Position numbers and translations under genes: made by a program. Below, piece by piece: positions 27,926 through 40,887 of a DNA stretch of 64,000 bases; position 1 is the stretch's first letter, and every line of letters starts with the position of its first letter. The DNA is taken from IMG/VR virus record IMGVR_UViG_3300028591_000109, positions 32,001 to 96,000 of that record, one strand, 5' to 3'. Source of the DNA: a virus. Its lineage: Duplodnaviria > Caudoviricetes. The notes beneath the pieces were generated by a model that saw nothing but the letters and a program-made list of their open reading frames with translations, was not told where the DNA came from and ran no database searches.

Positions 27926-30900
27926 ATGAGCAGACGAAATCAAGACTTAGTGTCAAGAGTAAAATTCGAGGTAGACTCCCGTATGGCCAGCGCCTCGATG
28001 AAGGCCCTGCAGAAAGAGTCGGCAGACCTGAACGAGCGTATCAACGAAGTGAACGCCAGCATCAAGGCCCTCGGCGACGTGCCCGACGACAACCCCACAC
28101 TGCAGGCATACCGCAAGCAGCTGCGCGGACTGGAGAGCGACCTGAAGGACGTGAACACCACGATGAAGGACTACACCCGTGGCGTGAAGGCAGCAGGCGA
28201 ACTCTACCGCCACTACGCCATGGGCAACATCGAGGACATGAGCATCAAGGCCATACGCGCCGGCGTGAACGGCATGAAGAAACGGCTCGACAACCTGAAG
28301 GCGGGCGGCGACCCGGGCGACGCTGAGGAGATGCGACTGATAGAGGCCATCACCACCGAGGCCGACGTGGTGGTGAAGCGCTTCAAGACCGACTACCAGA
28401 ACGTGGTGGAGGAGATAGCCCGGGGCGGCACCGTCACCGAGCAGACCCTGAAGCGCACACGCGACGGGCTGGCCGACCTGATGCAGACCGCCGAGACCGA
28501 GGCCGAGAAGAACGAGCTGACCAACTACTGGCAGAAGGTGGGGGCAGCTATCGAGGCCGTAGCCGTGGAGAACCGCCGTCTGCGCGGCGAGGTGGCCGAC
28601 CGCGAGGAAGCCATGCGCATAGCCTACGCCACCGACCACGACGGCAGTCAGCAGGCCATACACGATGCCGAGGCACGCGCCGATGCCGCCCGCCGCGAGA
28701 ACGACGAGCTGCGCCAGCGGCTCGACCTGAAGCAGCAGCAGCGCCGCGAGCTGGAGCAGAAGATGGAAAACAATAGCATCCAGCAGCAGACGCTCACGGA
28801 CCGGCGCGACGAACTGAAGGCACAGGAGAAGGAGGACCGCGCCATACGCAAGCAGCGCGTGGACGATGCCAACAAGGAGCTGAACGCCGCCCGCCGTGCC
28901 GCAAAGACCCAGCAGCAAGCCTACGACGAGCAGAAGCAGACCGTGGAGAAACTGCGCACCGAAGTGCAGGGGCTGACCGACGACATCAGGAAGATGGGGG
29001 AGGTGAAGGCGGAGCCGAAGATTGACACGAGTAAATTGGAACGTCAGTTGGAGGTAGCCAAGCGCGACCTCGCTGAGATAGCCGAGGACGAGCGCAAGGC
29101 CAATGAGGCATTGAAGCAGTTCGGCATTACCACAGCCGACATCACCGACGATGCCAAGTTGCAGGCCGCCGCCGAGAAAGCCCTGAAAGAGGAAGAGGAA
29201 TCGCGGCTCGAACTGGCCAAGCAGATGCTGCAGGTACGCAAGCAGATAGGCCAGGAGGAACTGAAAGACTCACGCATCGTAGGCTCAAAGGACACGCAGG
29301 CTTTCTATGCCAAGAACAAGGGCGTGCTCGACGATGAATATTGGAAAAGCGAGGCGGGCGGCGGCAGCATCAGTCGCATGTATAAATACCTGAACGACAT
29401 CAGCGACGACCCCGAAGCCAAGGCTGAGTTCAAGGAGCAGGTGGGTATGACCGTGAAGGATGCCATGCGAGTGGCCGGCCAGCGGATGCGCGAGGTGGTG
29501 CAGGAGGCCATGAAGCGCGGCATCAAGATTGACGATGCGCTCAGCGACTTCGCCGACGGCTACGGTCACGGCCCTGCCACGAAGATTGAAGAGTTCATGC
29601 GCGAGTTCAACGAGACCGTTGGCGATAAGGAAGACGAACTAATAAAGAAGCGTCGTGAAAAGCTCGATGCCATTGCCGATGTCGTCTATGATCCAGGCGA
29701 GGAAATGGCATCACGCGACGAACGTCTGCGTCTGGCCAAGGAATCGCTGAAAGGCGTGGGCGAAGGCTACTACGGCAACGGCAAGCCCCTCTCCGAATCA
29801 TATAAGGAACAACAGGCAGAGGTGACCCGTCTGGAGAGTGAGATGAAGAAACTCAGCGAGACGAGTCAGCAGTCTGCCCAATCCTCCGAGCAGCTGGCAC
29901 AGAAGCAGGAACAGCTCTCGCAGAAGACCGCCGAGCTGAACCAGCAGCAAGACAAGCTGAACGGAATGGTGGACGAGACCGTGACCGCCAACCAGCGCTT
30001 AGCCAAAGCCGAACAGGAACAGACCGACGCCCGCAACGCACAGGCCGAAGCCAAGGAACACGAGGGCGAGGCCGTCAAGAAAGTGGAAGACGAACTGCGC
30101 GGACTCACCGACGAGCAGCTGAAGAACGCCCAGGCATACAGCCACCTCACCGAGGAAATCAACACCGACACCGCCGCCATGCAGCGCAACATCACCACCG
30201 AGCAGGAAGCCACCCGCGAGGCCGACCGACTGCGCTCCGGCAGCATCGACAAGATGGAGCAGGCACTGGCTCGCCTCCGTGAGTCGAACCGCAAGCTCGA
30301 CCCCACCATCGACAAGGAAGAGTGGGAACGCGGCGAACGCGCCATCGGCCAGCTCAACCTCCGCCTCGAAGAACTGAAGAAGCAGTCGGCAGAACTACGC
30401 CGCGAGCCCGTGCTCGACATGATGACCCAGCGCATGCAGTCGCTCGGCACCCTCTCCAGCGACACCCTCACCGAGACCAAGAAATTCTGGGAAACGATGG
30501 TAGCCGGCGCACAGAAAGGCTCGACGGAGCTGGCCGACTACGAGCAGCACCTGAAGAGCATCGCCCTGGAGGAGCAGGCCCGCGTCCGCGAACAGGGACG
30601 TGAAGCCTTCGCCTTCTTCCAGCGCGAGGACTACCGCCGCACTAACGCCGCCGACACCGAGGAGCAGCGCAAGGCGCTCGTTGCCTACCGCGATGCGCTG
30701 CCAGCCGACGCCATCGACCACATAGAGGCCATCAACGCCCTGCTGGAGAAGCATGCGCAGTTTGTCAAGGAGGCTGCGGGCGAGTGGATGTCGCTCGAAA
30801 AGGCTATGGAACTGGCATCGAAGGCGGGCACCGACCAGTTTGCCGGTTCGGCAAAAGACATACAGCTCGCCACGCAGTCGCTGGAGCGGCAGCGCGACAC

Positions 30901-33900
30901 CATCATTGCCACCATCCGCGAGAAGCGCAACCTGGGGCAGGCCACCAAGGCCGAGGAAGACCAGCTGGCCGACCTGACGAAGAAGCTGCGCTCGCTGAAG
31001 TTTGAGCAGGATAACGTGAACATGTCGCAGGAGAAGATGCGGACGCTGATAGAGACACCTGCCAACGCCGTGAACCTCGACGAGCTGCGCGCCGCCATCA
31101 AGCGTGCCGACGGACAGCTGCGCCAGATGGAGCAGTCGCTCGGCCAGAACAGCTCGGAATATAAGCGTTTCGCCGAGCAGGTGCGCAACGCCAAGAACGT
31201 GATGAAGGAGATGGAGGGCCAGGCCAAGGCCAGCGCCACCGCCTGGGAGAAAGCCTTCAACCGCCTGAAGACCTACGTCGTGATGTATATGGGCTTTAAT
31301 GAGGTTTGGCAGAAGGTGAGCAATACCGCCCGCGACCTCATGGACCTCTCCGACCGCATGGGTGAGGTGCGCAAGACCACGGGCTTCACCGCCGACGAGG
31401 TGGGACGGCTTAGCGACAATCTGACAAAGCTCGACACGCGCACAAATTTGACGGGACTGATGGAGTTCAGTTCGCTGGCAGGTAGTGTCGGTTTGAAGAC
31501 ACAGGAAGCCGTGCAGGGATTCACCGAGGCTGCCAACATGCTTTCGGTGTCGCTGCCCGAACTGGGAAAAGAGGCAAGCCGCACGCTGATGAAGATCGCC
31601 GACGCGACGGGCGACCTGGAGAAGAACGGCAATAACGTCCGCGAGACGCTGGAGCGCGTGGGTTCTACGGTCATCGCCCTGCGTGCCAACTCGGCTGCTG
31701 CCGCCGGACCTATCACCGACTTTGTGAGCCGCGTCGGTGCGGTAGGTGCTCAGGCGGGCATCTCGATTGACCAGATAGCCGCATTGGGTGCTACGGTCGA
31801 TGCACTGGGTGGTCGCGTGGAGATGTCGGCCACGGCTCTGTCGCGAATGATACCGGCTATCAGAAATAATACGTTTGAGGTGGCGCAAGCCATCGGCATG
31901 ACCGAGAAGCAACTGAAACAGATGTCGGGTATCGACCAGATGGTGGCCGTGTTCAAGGCGCTGCACGACTCGGTGAAGAACTTCGACATGACCACCGAGG
32001 AGGGCATGAACGCAGCCGCTGATGCCGTGGAAGGGATGCTGGGACGCAGTGTGTCGATGCAGGACGTGATGAAACAATTGAATCAACAGGGAGCTCGTGC
32101 GGGCATCGTGTTCGGTCTGCTGTCGCAGAACGTGGACACGCTGGAGAAGCAGTTGAAGATTGCTACCGATGCCTACCGTGACAACACTGCCCTGATGGCG
32201 GAGTATAACAAGATGAACGACACGACCGCCGCCAAGTGGGAGCGACTGAAAAACCAGCTGGAGGAAGCGTTCGTTTCCGATTCCATACAGCGTGGACTGG
32301 GCTCCCTTATTGACATGCTGCGCGGACTGGTGGACTTCATCACCGGCAATGTAACAGGTGTGCTCCAAAGCTTGCGCACTGCATTCCTTATGCTTGCAGC
32401 CGCTGCGACGGTCTATAGGATAGAGCTTGGCAAGATGATTTTCGTGGAAAGTCTGTCGGGCCTTAGCAATCTTAAAAAGGCTCTCGTAGGCGTAAAGGAC
32501 ACTATTCTGCTGACGGCTATGTACACCAAGGACTACATAGCACTGAAATGGAAACTCATCTTCGCGCATGGCGCTGAAGAGAAAGCGGCCATCAAGGCAA
32601 AGATAGCTACGCTGGGACTGAACAAGGCACTGACTGCTAACGTATGGATGGCGGTCGTTGCAGCCATAGGGATGCTGTTGCTGAAGCTGTACCAATTTAA
32701 CAAGGCTGCCAAGGAGGCTGCCGCAGAGACAGGACGTTTCAATCAGCAGATAGCCGACGAGCAGAAAGCCCTTAACAAGTTGTTTGAGCCGCTGAACAGG
32801 TCGAACATGGCACAGGAAGAGCGACTGAAGCTCATCAACGAAATCAACTCGAAGTACGGCAAGTACCTGGGTTATATGCTCAGTGAGACATCTTCGGCCA
32901 TTGCACTGGCCGACGCCCACGCCCTGATAGCCAAGCGCATCAGGGAGGAAGCCTACGAGAAGCGTATAGCCGAGAAGGAGGCGAAGATACAGGATGAGCA
33001 CAGCGAGGACGTGAACGCAGCCTACACCAAGATAACGGAGCGTGTACGTGGCAGCGTCAGGGGCGGTGCCAGCGCACAGGAGATTGCCGACGTGCTGAAA
33101 GGCATCGTTGACAACCGACTGGGCAGCATCAAGTATGCCTACGACGATTCGGACAATATCTTCAAAGCCCGTACCAACTACTACCTTGATCCAAAGATTA
33201 AGCAGGCCATCGACGGCGGCATCGAGCGGCTGATTGTTGACGGCAAACTGTCGCGTGACAACGTGACGCTGATTCAGAAGGCAGTATATAAATATACGGT
33301 AGAAGCCCACAGCCAGCACAAGGATATCATGAACCAGACATCGAACCTACGCTCTGACCTTCGCGGTGTGCAGAGTGCCATCAAGGTTGACCTGGCCAAC
33401 AACCTGAATACACTTGTCAGCAGGGTAGCCAGTTCGGTAGGCAATGCTGTGAGGAATATCCGCCAGCAGCAACAGCCACAGCAGAACGTGCCGCTGATGC
33501 TGCAGCAGCCACAGGGACAGGGTAGCAGACTGCCAAGTCTGTTTGGTGGAGGTCAGCAGGGCGGATGGCAGGCACCGTGGCAACAGGGCCGCGAGACTAC
33601 ACCGCAGCAGCAGGCGGCTCCGAAGGGATGGAAGCCTAATATAGACAAAAAGGACACAGAGGCGGTTCGCCAGTTCGTGCAAGACCAGGAGGCACTGCGC
33701 AGCGCACTGAATGCCAGCGGCAATCAGATAGACGAAGCACAGCGCAGGGTGGCTGAGTCGTGGCTGCTGACGGATGCCGAACTGAAGGAATACAAGAAGA
33801 TCGTGGAGAAGGCCGACCGTGGCCCCGGCGGCAGCAACCACAACCCTTACGGCGACTACAACAAAGTGACCTCGCCCTACAAGGAGTGGAACGGCAACGA

Positions 33901-36900
33901 CCTGGTGGCCCGCCGCAAGGAGATGCTGGAGCGCGTGAAGGCACTGGCCAACGGTGCCGACGTGCAGGCTGTGCTGTCGGAGGATGCCAAGTTTATCAGC
34001 GAGGCCGTGCGCAAGAACATCAAGACCACGGACCAGGCTATCGAGTGGTATAACACCGAGCGCCTGAAGATACAGGATGCGCTGCACGCCAAGCACCTGA
34101 CAAACACCGGCGACTGGATGGACCCGGAGAAGGTGAGGAAGCGTGTGGGCCGCGTGGTAAATGACGAGATGAAATACTATCTGGACGAACTGGACGCCTA
34201 CTACACCGAGCGGAAGGCGAAGATTCAGGAGGCACAGAACGACCAGGAGATAAGCGAGGCAGAGGCACGCAACCGCACGCTGGCCAACGATGCCGAGTGG
34301 CAGCAGCGTCGCGCCGAACTGCAACTGCTGTACTCGAAGCGTCGCGGCGAGGTGGTACAGCAGGAACAGGACGAAATCTTCCGCATCATATCGGAGCGCA
34401 CGGGCGAGACCACCGCCTACATCAAGGCCGACATCGCACAGACAAACCATCTCATCGAGGAGACAGGCAAGAAGAACAAGGCCGCCATGGACCGCATCTA
34501 CGGCGACATAGAACTGGGTGCCGAAAGGAGTTTCCTGCGCCAGCGCAACGCCATCGGGCAGCACATGAAGGACATCACGGCCATCGTGAACAAGGAGAAC
34601 CCCTACGCGGGCATCGCCGAGGAACTGCGCAAGAACCTGGGTACGATGGACGCGCTGCTGACCGACATCGAGAAGGAGGAGGAGCGCACCATGGAGAAGG
34701 AGATAGAGCGCACGATGTTCATCCTGGAGCAGTCGACCAAGGGCTACAGCCTGACGTGGGAGCAGCTGATGGGCGAGATGGCAAAGCGCGGCTGGCAGGC
34801 GTGGGCCGACGCCATCGACGGCGACTCGCAGACGCAGCAGCGGCTGATGCACCAGGTGTACCGCGTGTTCGAGAAGGTGCAGGATGCCATCAAGAAGGAA
34901 GCGTCGGAACTGAAGAAGCAGGCTGACATCATGTGGAGCAACATACTGCTGCCCGGCGGCGACGGCAAGACCACCATCAAGGATGCCTTCGAGCAGGCCA
35001 TCGGTGCGCTGGGCATCCAGGAGGGGCGCGTGAGCAGAGCCAACTCGCTCATCGGTGCAGGAGTAGCCAGCGAGCGCGTCGCCGATAAGCTCGCCATCCA
35101 GCAGCTGAAGGTGCAACTGGCCATGCAGCAGTATCAGTACAGTCTGGTGCATAAGATAGGTAAGGAGAAGATAGATATGCTGCGACGCGAGGCGGAGATG
35201 GAGTCGGACGCGGAGAAAGCCCGTCAGCTGAGGATGCAGGCACAGAACGCCGAAATGGCGCTGAACCTTGCCACCCGCAAGGAGCAGACCGACGAACTGA
35301 AACTGCAGGAAGATATCATCGCCAAGACGGAAGAGTCTGAGGCACGGCTCTATAAGGAGTTGCGCGAGTGGGCCGACCTGCTGACGAGCAGTTTGCAGGG
35401 CGTGATGGAGGCGAGCCATGCCGGCGATGCGGAATACTACAACGAGCTGGCGAAGCTGAACTTGACCGGCAAAGGCGGGCCAGGCGCAGGCACCTACATC
35501 GTCATTGACGATGCAGGCACCAGCGACGCCACCGCGCACTACGAATACCTCGACGAGCGGCAGGCCCTGGAGCGCGAGCACGAGATAGAGCAGCAGAACG
35601 CCCAGGCCGAGGCATGGAAGAAGGTGATGGATGACATCAACATGAAACTCAGCGAGACCATCACCGACCAGATCAATGCCATGCTGCAGAACCAGAGCAT
35701 TGATGCGAATACACAAGCGGTGCTTGCCAACACGCAAGCCATCTATGCGTCGATGGGGCAGAGTGCAGGTACAGGCGAGGGAATCACCCGCAATGCAGAG
35801 GGTTTCGCCGTTGACGAGAGCGGACAGGTGATATCGCCTATACAGCCGACGGAACCGACAAGTCAGCCGGAAGCCGAGACTCCAGCATGGAAGCCTTTCT
35901 GGCAGATGACGGACGAGGAGAAGGCCAAGAATCAGGAGAACATGACCGAGATGTTCGGCATGTACAGAGACCTTAGCGTGCAGACCGAGACGGAGAAAGC
36001 GGAATTGCTGGCCGAGGTGCCGGGATATACGCCTCCTGCCATCAGCATGACCGATGAGCAGATAGAGTCGGTAGGCGAGAAACTGGAAGCTCTCAACCAA
36101 AAGGAGATAGATGCAAGCAAGAAGAAGACGCAGGCTATTCTGGCCGACCAACAGGCGATAAAGCAGGGCGAGTTGCAGACCGACAAGACGATGACGCAAT
36201 CATCGAAGAACATGTACGCAGCCATGATGTCGGCTGCCAACCTCTACGGCGTGGCTTATCAGGCCATGACCAACGATAACTTGAGCGCTGAGCAGAAGTT
36301 CCAGATGATTGCCCTGCAGGCGGCAGGACAGTCGGCCATCGCAATGATGCAGACTAACATGTTCAAGTCCGAGACGGGCGCCCTCGTAGCACTGCCGCAA
36401 ATCCTTGCCGAGTGCTTGGAAATCAACCCGATTGCCGGTGCCGCCATCTTCGCCGTGCTGAGTGCCCTGCTGGGCGTGGCCATCGGAGCAGCCACCAGCA
36501 AGCTGGCCAAGGGTAAGTCGGAGGTGGCGCAAGTCACAGGTGCCAGCGCATCCGCTGGTCGCCTCTCGACGGGTATGCTGACCTACGCCGAAGGTAACGT
36601 GAACGAGTTTACTGACCCGGCATCGCTGACGCCGGGCCGACAGTACAACGTGGACGGGGCGGACGGCAAGACCTACCGCGCCCGGTACATGGGCAAGGGA
36701 GCCAAGACCCACATCACCAACGGGCCGGAGTTTCACCTCGTGGGCGAGGCAGGCCGCGAGGCCATCATCGACGCGAAGACCACCCGCCTGCTGCAGATGA
36801 ACGAGACCGGCATCTGGCGCGACATACAGACGCTCTACAACGGCGGCAGCATCGCGGGGCTGAGCACCCGCCGCCGTCGCGGCACTGGCGTGGCCGCTTT

Positions 36901-37153
36901 CGCGGATGGCAACGTCGGGGAGTTCGAGGAGATGGCTGATGGCGGAGGGCTGACGGCTGATGGAACGGGCGGCATGAACGCCGACGTGATGACCTCAATG
37001 CTGGAAACCAACAGCCGACTGGCCGACCTCTTGGAGAACGCCCTTGCGAACGGCATCAAGGCCGTAAACAAATGGACGGGCAGCGACGGCATCCCTGCGA
37101 TGTATAACAAGATGCAGAAGGAGGCGCAAAGGCACGGTGAGAAATACCTGTAG
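27926..37153 (+). CDS. tail tape measure protein
   Basis: 3075 aa, helical/coiled-coil; TP901-type core (LSDRMGEVRKTTGFTADEV); C-terminal VGEAGREAII motif. Confidence 0.92.
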   Translation: MSRRNQDLVSRVKFEVDSRMASASMKALQKESADLNERINEVNASIKALGDVPDDNPTLQAYRKQLRGLESDLKDVNTTMKDYTRGVKAAGELYRHYAMGNIEDMSIKAIRAGVNGMKKRLDNLKAGGDPGDAEEMRLIEAITTEADVVVKRFKTDYQNVVEEIARGGTVTEQTLKRTRDGLADLMQTAETEAEKNELTNYWQKVGAAIEAVAVENRRLRGEVADREEAMRIAYATDHDGSQQAIHDAEARADAARRENDELRQRLDLKQQQRRELEQKMENNSIQQQTLTDRRDELKAQEKEDRAIRKQRVDDANKELNAARRAAKTQQQAYDEQKQTVEKLRTEVQGLTDDIRKMGEVKAEPKIDTSKLERQLEVAKRDLAEIAEDERKANEALKQFGITTADITDDAKLQAAAEKALKEEEESRLELAKQMLQVRKQIGQEELKDSRIVGSKDTQAFYAKNKGVLDDEYWKSEAGGGSISRMYKYLNDISDDPEAKAEFKEQVGMTVKDAMRVAGQRMREVVQEAMKRGIKIDDALSDFADGYGHGPATKIEEFMREFNETVGDKEDELIKKRREKLDAIADVVYDPGEEMASRDERLRLAKESLKGVGEGYYGNGKPLSESYKEQQAEVTRLESEMKKLSETSQQSAQSSEQLAQKQEQLSQKTAELNQQQDKLNGMVDETVTANQRLAKAEQEQTDARNAQAEAKEHEGEAVKKVEDELRGLTDEQLKNAQAYSHLTEEINTDTAAMQRNITTEQEATREADRLRSGSIDKMEQALARLRESNRKLDPTIDKEEWERGERAIGQLNLRLEELKKQSAELRREPVLDMMTQRMQSLGTLSSDTLTETKKFWETMVAGAQKGSTELADYEQHLKSIALEEQARVREQGREAFAFFQREDYRRTNAADTEEQRKALVAYRDALPADAIDHIEAINALLEKHAQFVKEAAGEWMSLEKAMELASKAGTDQFAGSAKDIQLATQSLERQRDTIIATIREKRNLGQATKAEEDQLADLTKKLRSLKFEQDNVNMSQEKMRTLIETPANAVNLDELRAAIKRADGQLRQMEQSLGQNSSEYKRFAEQVRNAKNVMKEMEGQAKASATAWEKAFNRLKTYVVMYMGFNEVWQKVSNTARDLMDLSDRMGEVRKTTGFTADEVGRLSDNLTKLDTRTNLTGLMEFSSLAGSVGLKTQEAVQGFTEAANMLSVSLPELGKEASRTLMKIADATGDLEKNGNNVRETLERVGSTVIALRANSAAAAGPITDFVSRVGAVGAQAGISIDQIAALGATVDALGGRVEMSATALSRMIPAIRNNTFEVAQAIGMTEKQLKQMSGIDQMVAVFKALHDSVKNFDMTTEEGMNAAADAVEGMLGRSVSMQDVMKQLNQQGARAGIVFGLLSQNVDTLEKQLKIATDAYRDNTALMAEYNKMNDTTAAKWERLKNQLEEAFVSDSIQRGLGSLIDMLRGLVDFITGNVTGVLQSLRTAFLMLAAAATVYRIELGKMIFVESLSGLSNLKKALVGVKDTILLTAMYTKDYIALKWKLIFAHGAEEKAAIKAKIATLGLNKALTANVWMAVVAAIGMLLLKLYQFNKAAKEAAAETGRFNQQIADEQKALNKLFEPLNRSNMAQEERLKLINEINSKYGKYLGYMLSETSSAIALADAHALIAKRIREEAYEKRIAEKEAKIQDEHSEDVNAAYTKITERVRGSVRGGASAQEIADVLKGIVDNRLGSIKYAYDDSDNIFKARTNYYLDPKIKQAIDGGIERLIVDGKLSRDNVTLIQKAVYKYTVEAHSQHKDIMNQTSNLRSDLRGVQSAIKVDLANNLNTLVSRVASSVGNAVRNIRQQQQPQQNVPLMLQQPQGQGSRLPSLFGGGQQGGWQAPWQQGRETTPQQQAAPKGWKPNIDKKDTEAVRQFVQDQEALRSALNASGNQIDEAQRRVAESWLLTDAELKEYKKIVEKADRGPGGSNHNPYGDYNKVTSPYKEWNGNDLVARRKEMLERVKALANGADVQAVLSEDAKFISEAVRKNIKTTDQAIEWYNTERLKIQDALHAKHLTNTGDWMDPEKVRKRVGRVVNDEMKYYLDELDAYYTERKAKIQEAQNDQEISEAEARNRTLANDAEWQQRRAELQLLYSKRRGEVVQQEQDEIFRIISERTGETTAYIKADIAQTNHLIEETGKKNKAAMDRIYGDIELGAERSFLRQRNAIGQHMKDITAIVNKENPYAGIAEELRKNLGTMDALLTDIEKEEERTMEKEIERTMFILEQSTKGYSLTWEQLMGEMAKRGWQAWADAIDGDSQTQQRLMHQVYRVFEKVQDAIKKEASELKKQADIMWSNILLPGGDGKTTIKDAFEQAIGALGIQEGRVSRANSLIGAGVASERVADKLAIQQLKVQLAMQQYQYSLVHKIGKEKIDMLRREAEMESDAEKARQLRMQAQNAEMALNLATRKEQTDELKLQEDIIAKTEESEARLYKELREWADLLTSSLQGVMEASHAGDAEYYNELAKLNLTGKGGPGAGTYIVIDDAGTSDATAHYEYLDERQALEREHEIEQQNAQAEAWKKVMDDINMKLSETITDQINAMLQNQSIDANTQAVLANTQAIYASMGQSAGTGEGITRNAEGFAVDESGQVISPIQPTEPTSQPEAETPAWKPFWQMTDEEKAKNQENMTEMFGMYRDLSVQTETEKAELLAEVPGYTPPAISMTDEQIESVGEKLEALNQKEIDASKKKTQAILADQQAIKQGELQTDKTMTQSSKNMYAAMMSAANLYGVAYQAMTNDNLSAEQKFQMIALQAAGQSAIAMMQTNMFKSETGALVALPQILAECLEINPIAGAAIFAVLSALLGVAIGAATSKLAKGKSEVAQVTGASASAGRLSTGMLTYAEGNVNEFTDPASLTPGRQYNVDGADGKTYRARYMGKGAKTHITNGPEFHLVGEAGREAIIDAKTTRLLQMNETGIWRDIQTLYNGGSIAGLSTRRRRGTGVAAFADGNVGEFEEMADGGGLTADGTGGMNADVMTSMLETNSRLADLLENALANGIKAVNKWTGSDGIPAMYNKMQKEAQRHGEKYL

Positions 37154-37402
37154 TCCATTGAACATTGAATATTGAACATTGAAAATTAACGGGTCGCTTC
37201 GCTTGGATAATTTGAAATCAATTTGAACAATTTCCCGCGAAGCGGCCTTCTCTTAATTTCTCGCGAAGCGATACTTGACAAGGATGGCCTGACGGCCAGT
37301 AATCGAGGTTCATCCTCGCTTCGCTCGTCGAAGAAATTAGAGACTACAGCCTGACGGCTGGAAATTTCTCAAATTAAATTCAAATTTACCATCTCTTGCA
37401 CT

Positions 37403-37435
37403 GCCCTTGATTTCCAAACCTTTTCGCACGATATT
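37403..37435 (+). promoter_or_regulatory. phage-specific promoter motif copy 4
   Basis: GCCCTTGA-N19-GATATT. Confidence 0.7.
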
Positions 37436-37455
37436 GCGGGAAAACAACGACGACT

Positions 37456-38736
37456 ATGTTAGTAACGACACAGAACGAGATTCAGAGCCTGATGCCTACG
37501 GCCCGGTGGGACAAGCCGCAGGTACTGTTCGGCTACTTAGAGGAAGAGGAAGCGGTGGCATTAGAGCCGCTGCTGGGGGCTTCGCTCTATCAGCATGTGC
37601 TGACGGAGTACGACCGGCTACGGCAGGAGTACATCGACATCACGGCTACCACCGTGCGGCCTACGGGCAAGGCCAAGCAGGACCCGCGTTTGGCGCATGC
37701 CGACGTGACGGAACGGCTGGAGCAGGTGGCGCAGGGAAAATACCGCGAGACCTACACCACGCCGGAGGAGGGCGAGAAGGAGGTGCCAGCCGCCGATATG
37801 AAGACCATCCAACTGATACGCATCTGCCAGCGCATCGAGTGGTACAGGATGCTGGCCAACAAGGCCGGACTGCTGACTATCTCGTTCAACGAGGGCGGCG
37901 GCATGAACATATCCGTAGGCGAGAGCTACGACGCTGCCGACGAGAAGGCGAAAGATCGCGCTGTGAAGGACGCGTTGGGCGGAGCCGGACGTGCCATCGA
38001 CTCGCTACTGCTGTTCCTCGAAGCCGACGCAAAGGGGGAGAAGCTGTTTACCGAGATGTGGCAGGAAGCTGATGCCTTCTACCTGAACAAAGACCTGCTG
38101 TTCCAGACGGCGACAGTGCTCGACAAGTTCCTTGACATCAAGAATCAGCGCATGGCGTATGTCTCGCTGGTGAGAGACATCCGCTTCTGTCAGAATACTT
38201 ACCTGAAGCCGAGGATTGGGGCGAAGTTGCTGAAGGCCGTGGTGGCCTTTGCCAACGACGGGGAGGCTGCGATACTATCGCAGCAAACGGGACAGGACGG
38301 CGAGGGGGCGACGGCGGGGAGCGCTGAGCATTTCGAGGAACTGCTCGAATTGCTCCGCATCGCACTGGCCTTCTATGTCGAGAGCCGACGGACGACCATC
38401 ACGCGGACAAGTCTGACGGTGAGCACGTCGGCGAGGGGCACGGGAAGCAGCATCGAGAAGGAGGAGCGGCTGGCACGGCGCGACTCTATGACCGACGCGC
38501 AACAGGCAATGGCGATGGCATGCGACTATATCGCCGAGAACCTGGAGGCGCTGGGCGACGCGGCGGTGGGTACACCTATATATAATATCGCGCGCGAGAG
38601 GGAAGCGCAGGCGGAGCGCGAGCGGCAGTGCGCCTGTGCGGCAGAGGCGCGGCGCAGGAAGGCGGCATGCGAGCAGAGCCGCAAGCGGCTGTTCACCGCT
38701 TTCCCGGCGACGCACCGGACACCGGAGATAAAATAA
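37456..38736 (+). CDS. DUF6712-like virion (head-tail adaptor-like) protein
   Basis: Two similar halves (LEPLLGASLY / LKPRIGAKLL) as recalled for this Bacteroidetes phage family. Confidence 0.6.
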   Translation: MLVTTQNEIQSLMPTARWDKPQVLFGYLEEEEAVALEPLLGASLYQHVLTEYDRLRQEYIDITATTVRPTGKAKQDPRLAHADVTERLEQVAQGKYRETYTTPEEGEKEVPAADMKTIQLIRICQRIEWYRMLANKAGLLTISFNEGGGMNISVGESYDAADEKAKDRAVKDALGGAGRAIDSLLLFLEADAKGEKLFTEMWQEADAFYLNKDLLFQTATVLDKFLDIKNQRMAYVSLVRDIRFCQNTYLKPRIGAKLLKAVVAFANDGEAAILSQQTGQDGEGATAGSAEHFEELLELLRIALAFYVESRRTTITRTSLTVSTSARGTGSSIEKEERLARRDSMTDAQQAMAMACDYIAENLEALGDAAVGTPIYNIAREREAQAERERQCACAAEARRRKAACEQSRKRLFTAFPATHRTPEIK

Positions 38737-38766
38737 GAACAACGGATTAAACGGATTGCACGGATT

Positions 38767-38952
38767 ATGACTACAGCACTCTTACTCTCCATCCATACAA
38801 ACGACATCGTGGGAGCAATCTTCACTGTCGTGTGGCTGCTGCTCTTAGTGATTGTGTCGCTCGTTGACTACGGCTTTAAGCACGGATGGTTCATACCGAG
38901 CGACGAAACTGTGGAAGAGTACAGGAAAAACTGTCGCAAAACTTGCCCTTGA
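38767..38952 (+). CDS. small membrane protein
   Basis: One hydrophobic helix; its stop codon lies inside promoter copy 5. Confidence 0.5.
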   Translation: MTTALLLSIHTNDIVGAIFTVVWLLLLVIVSLVDYGFKHGWFIPSDETVEEYRKNCRKTCP

Positions 38953-38977
38953 TTATCAGAGCGCTTGCCATTATAAT
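38945..38977 (+). promoter_or_regulatory. phage-specific promoter motif copy 5
   Basis: GCCCTTGA-N19-TATAAT. Confidence 0.8.
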
Positions 38978-39010
38978 GCAACACAGAAACAATTAACAAC
39001 ACAAACGATT

Positions 39011-40741
<1,731 letters not shown>

Positions 40742-40794
40742 CTCGCGCTGGATGGCTGCGATAATATCGCAGCATACGGAACAAGCGGCGGACT

Positions 40795-40827
40795 GCCCTT
40801 GACCGCGACGCGGTAGCGCATTATCAT
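40795..40827 (+). promoter_or_regulatory. phage-specific promoter motif copy 6
   Basis: GCCCTTGA-N19-TATCAT upstream of the capsid gene. Confidence 0.8.
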
Positions 40828-40887
40828 AACAACACAGAAACAGTAAACAATAGTAATAACCCCTCAATCAACACAAACACAAACATT

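Noticed and set aside
30395-36199. Two very long minus-strand ORFs (974 and 950 aa)
   Set aside because: Antisense shadows of the tape measure gene caused by high-GC3 codon bias; L/V/H-rich with no motifs
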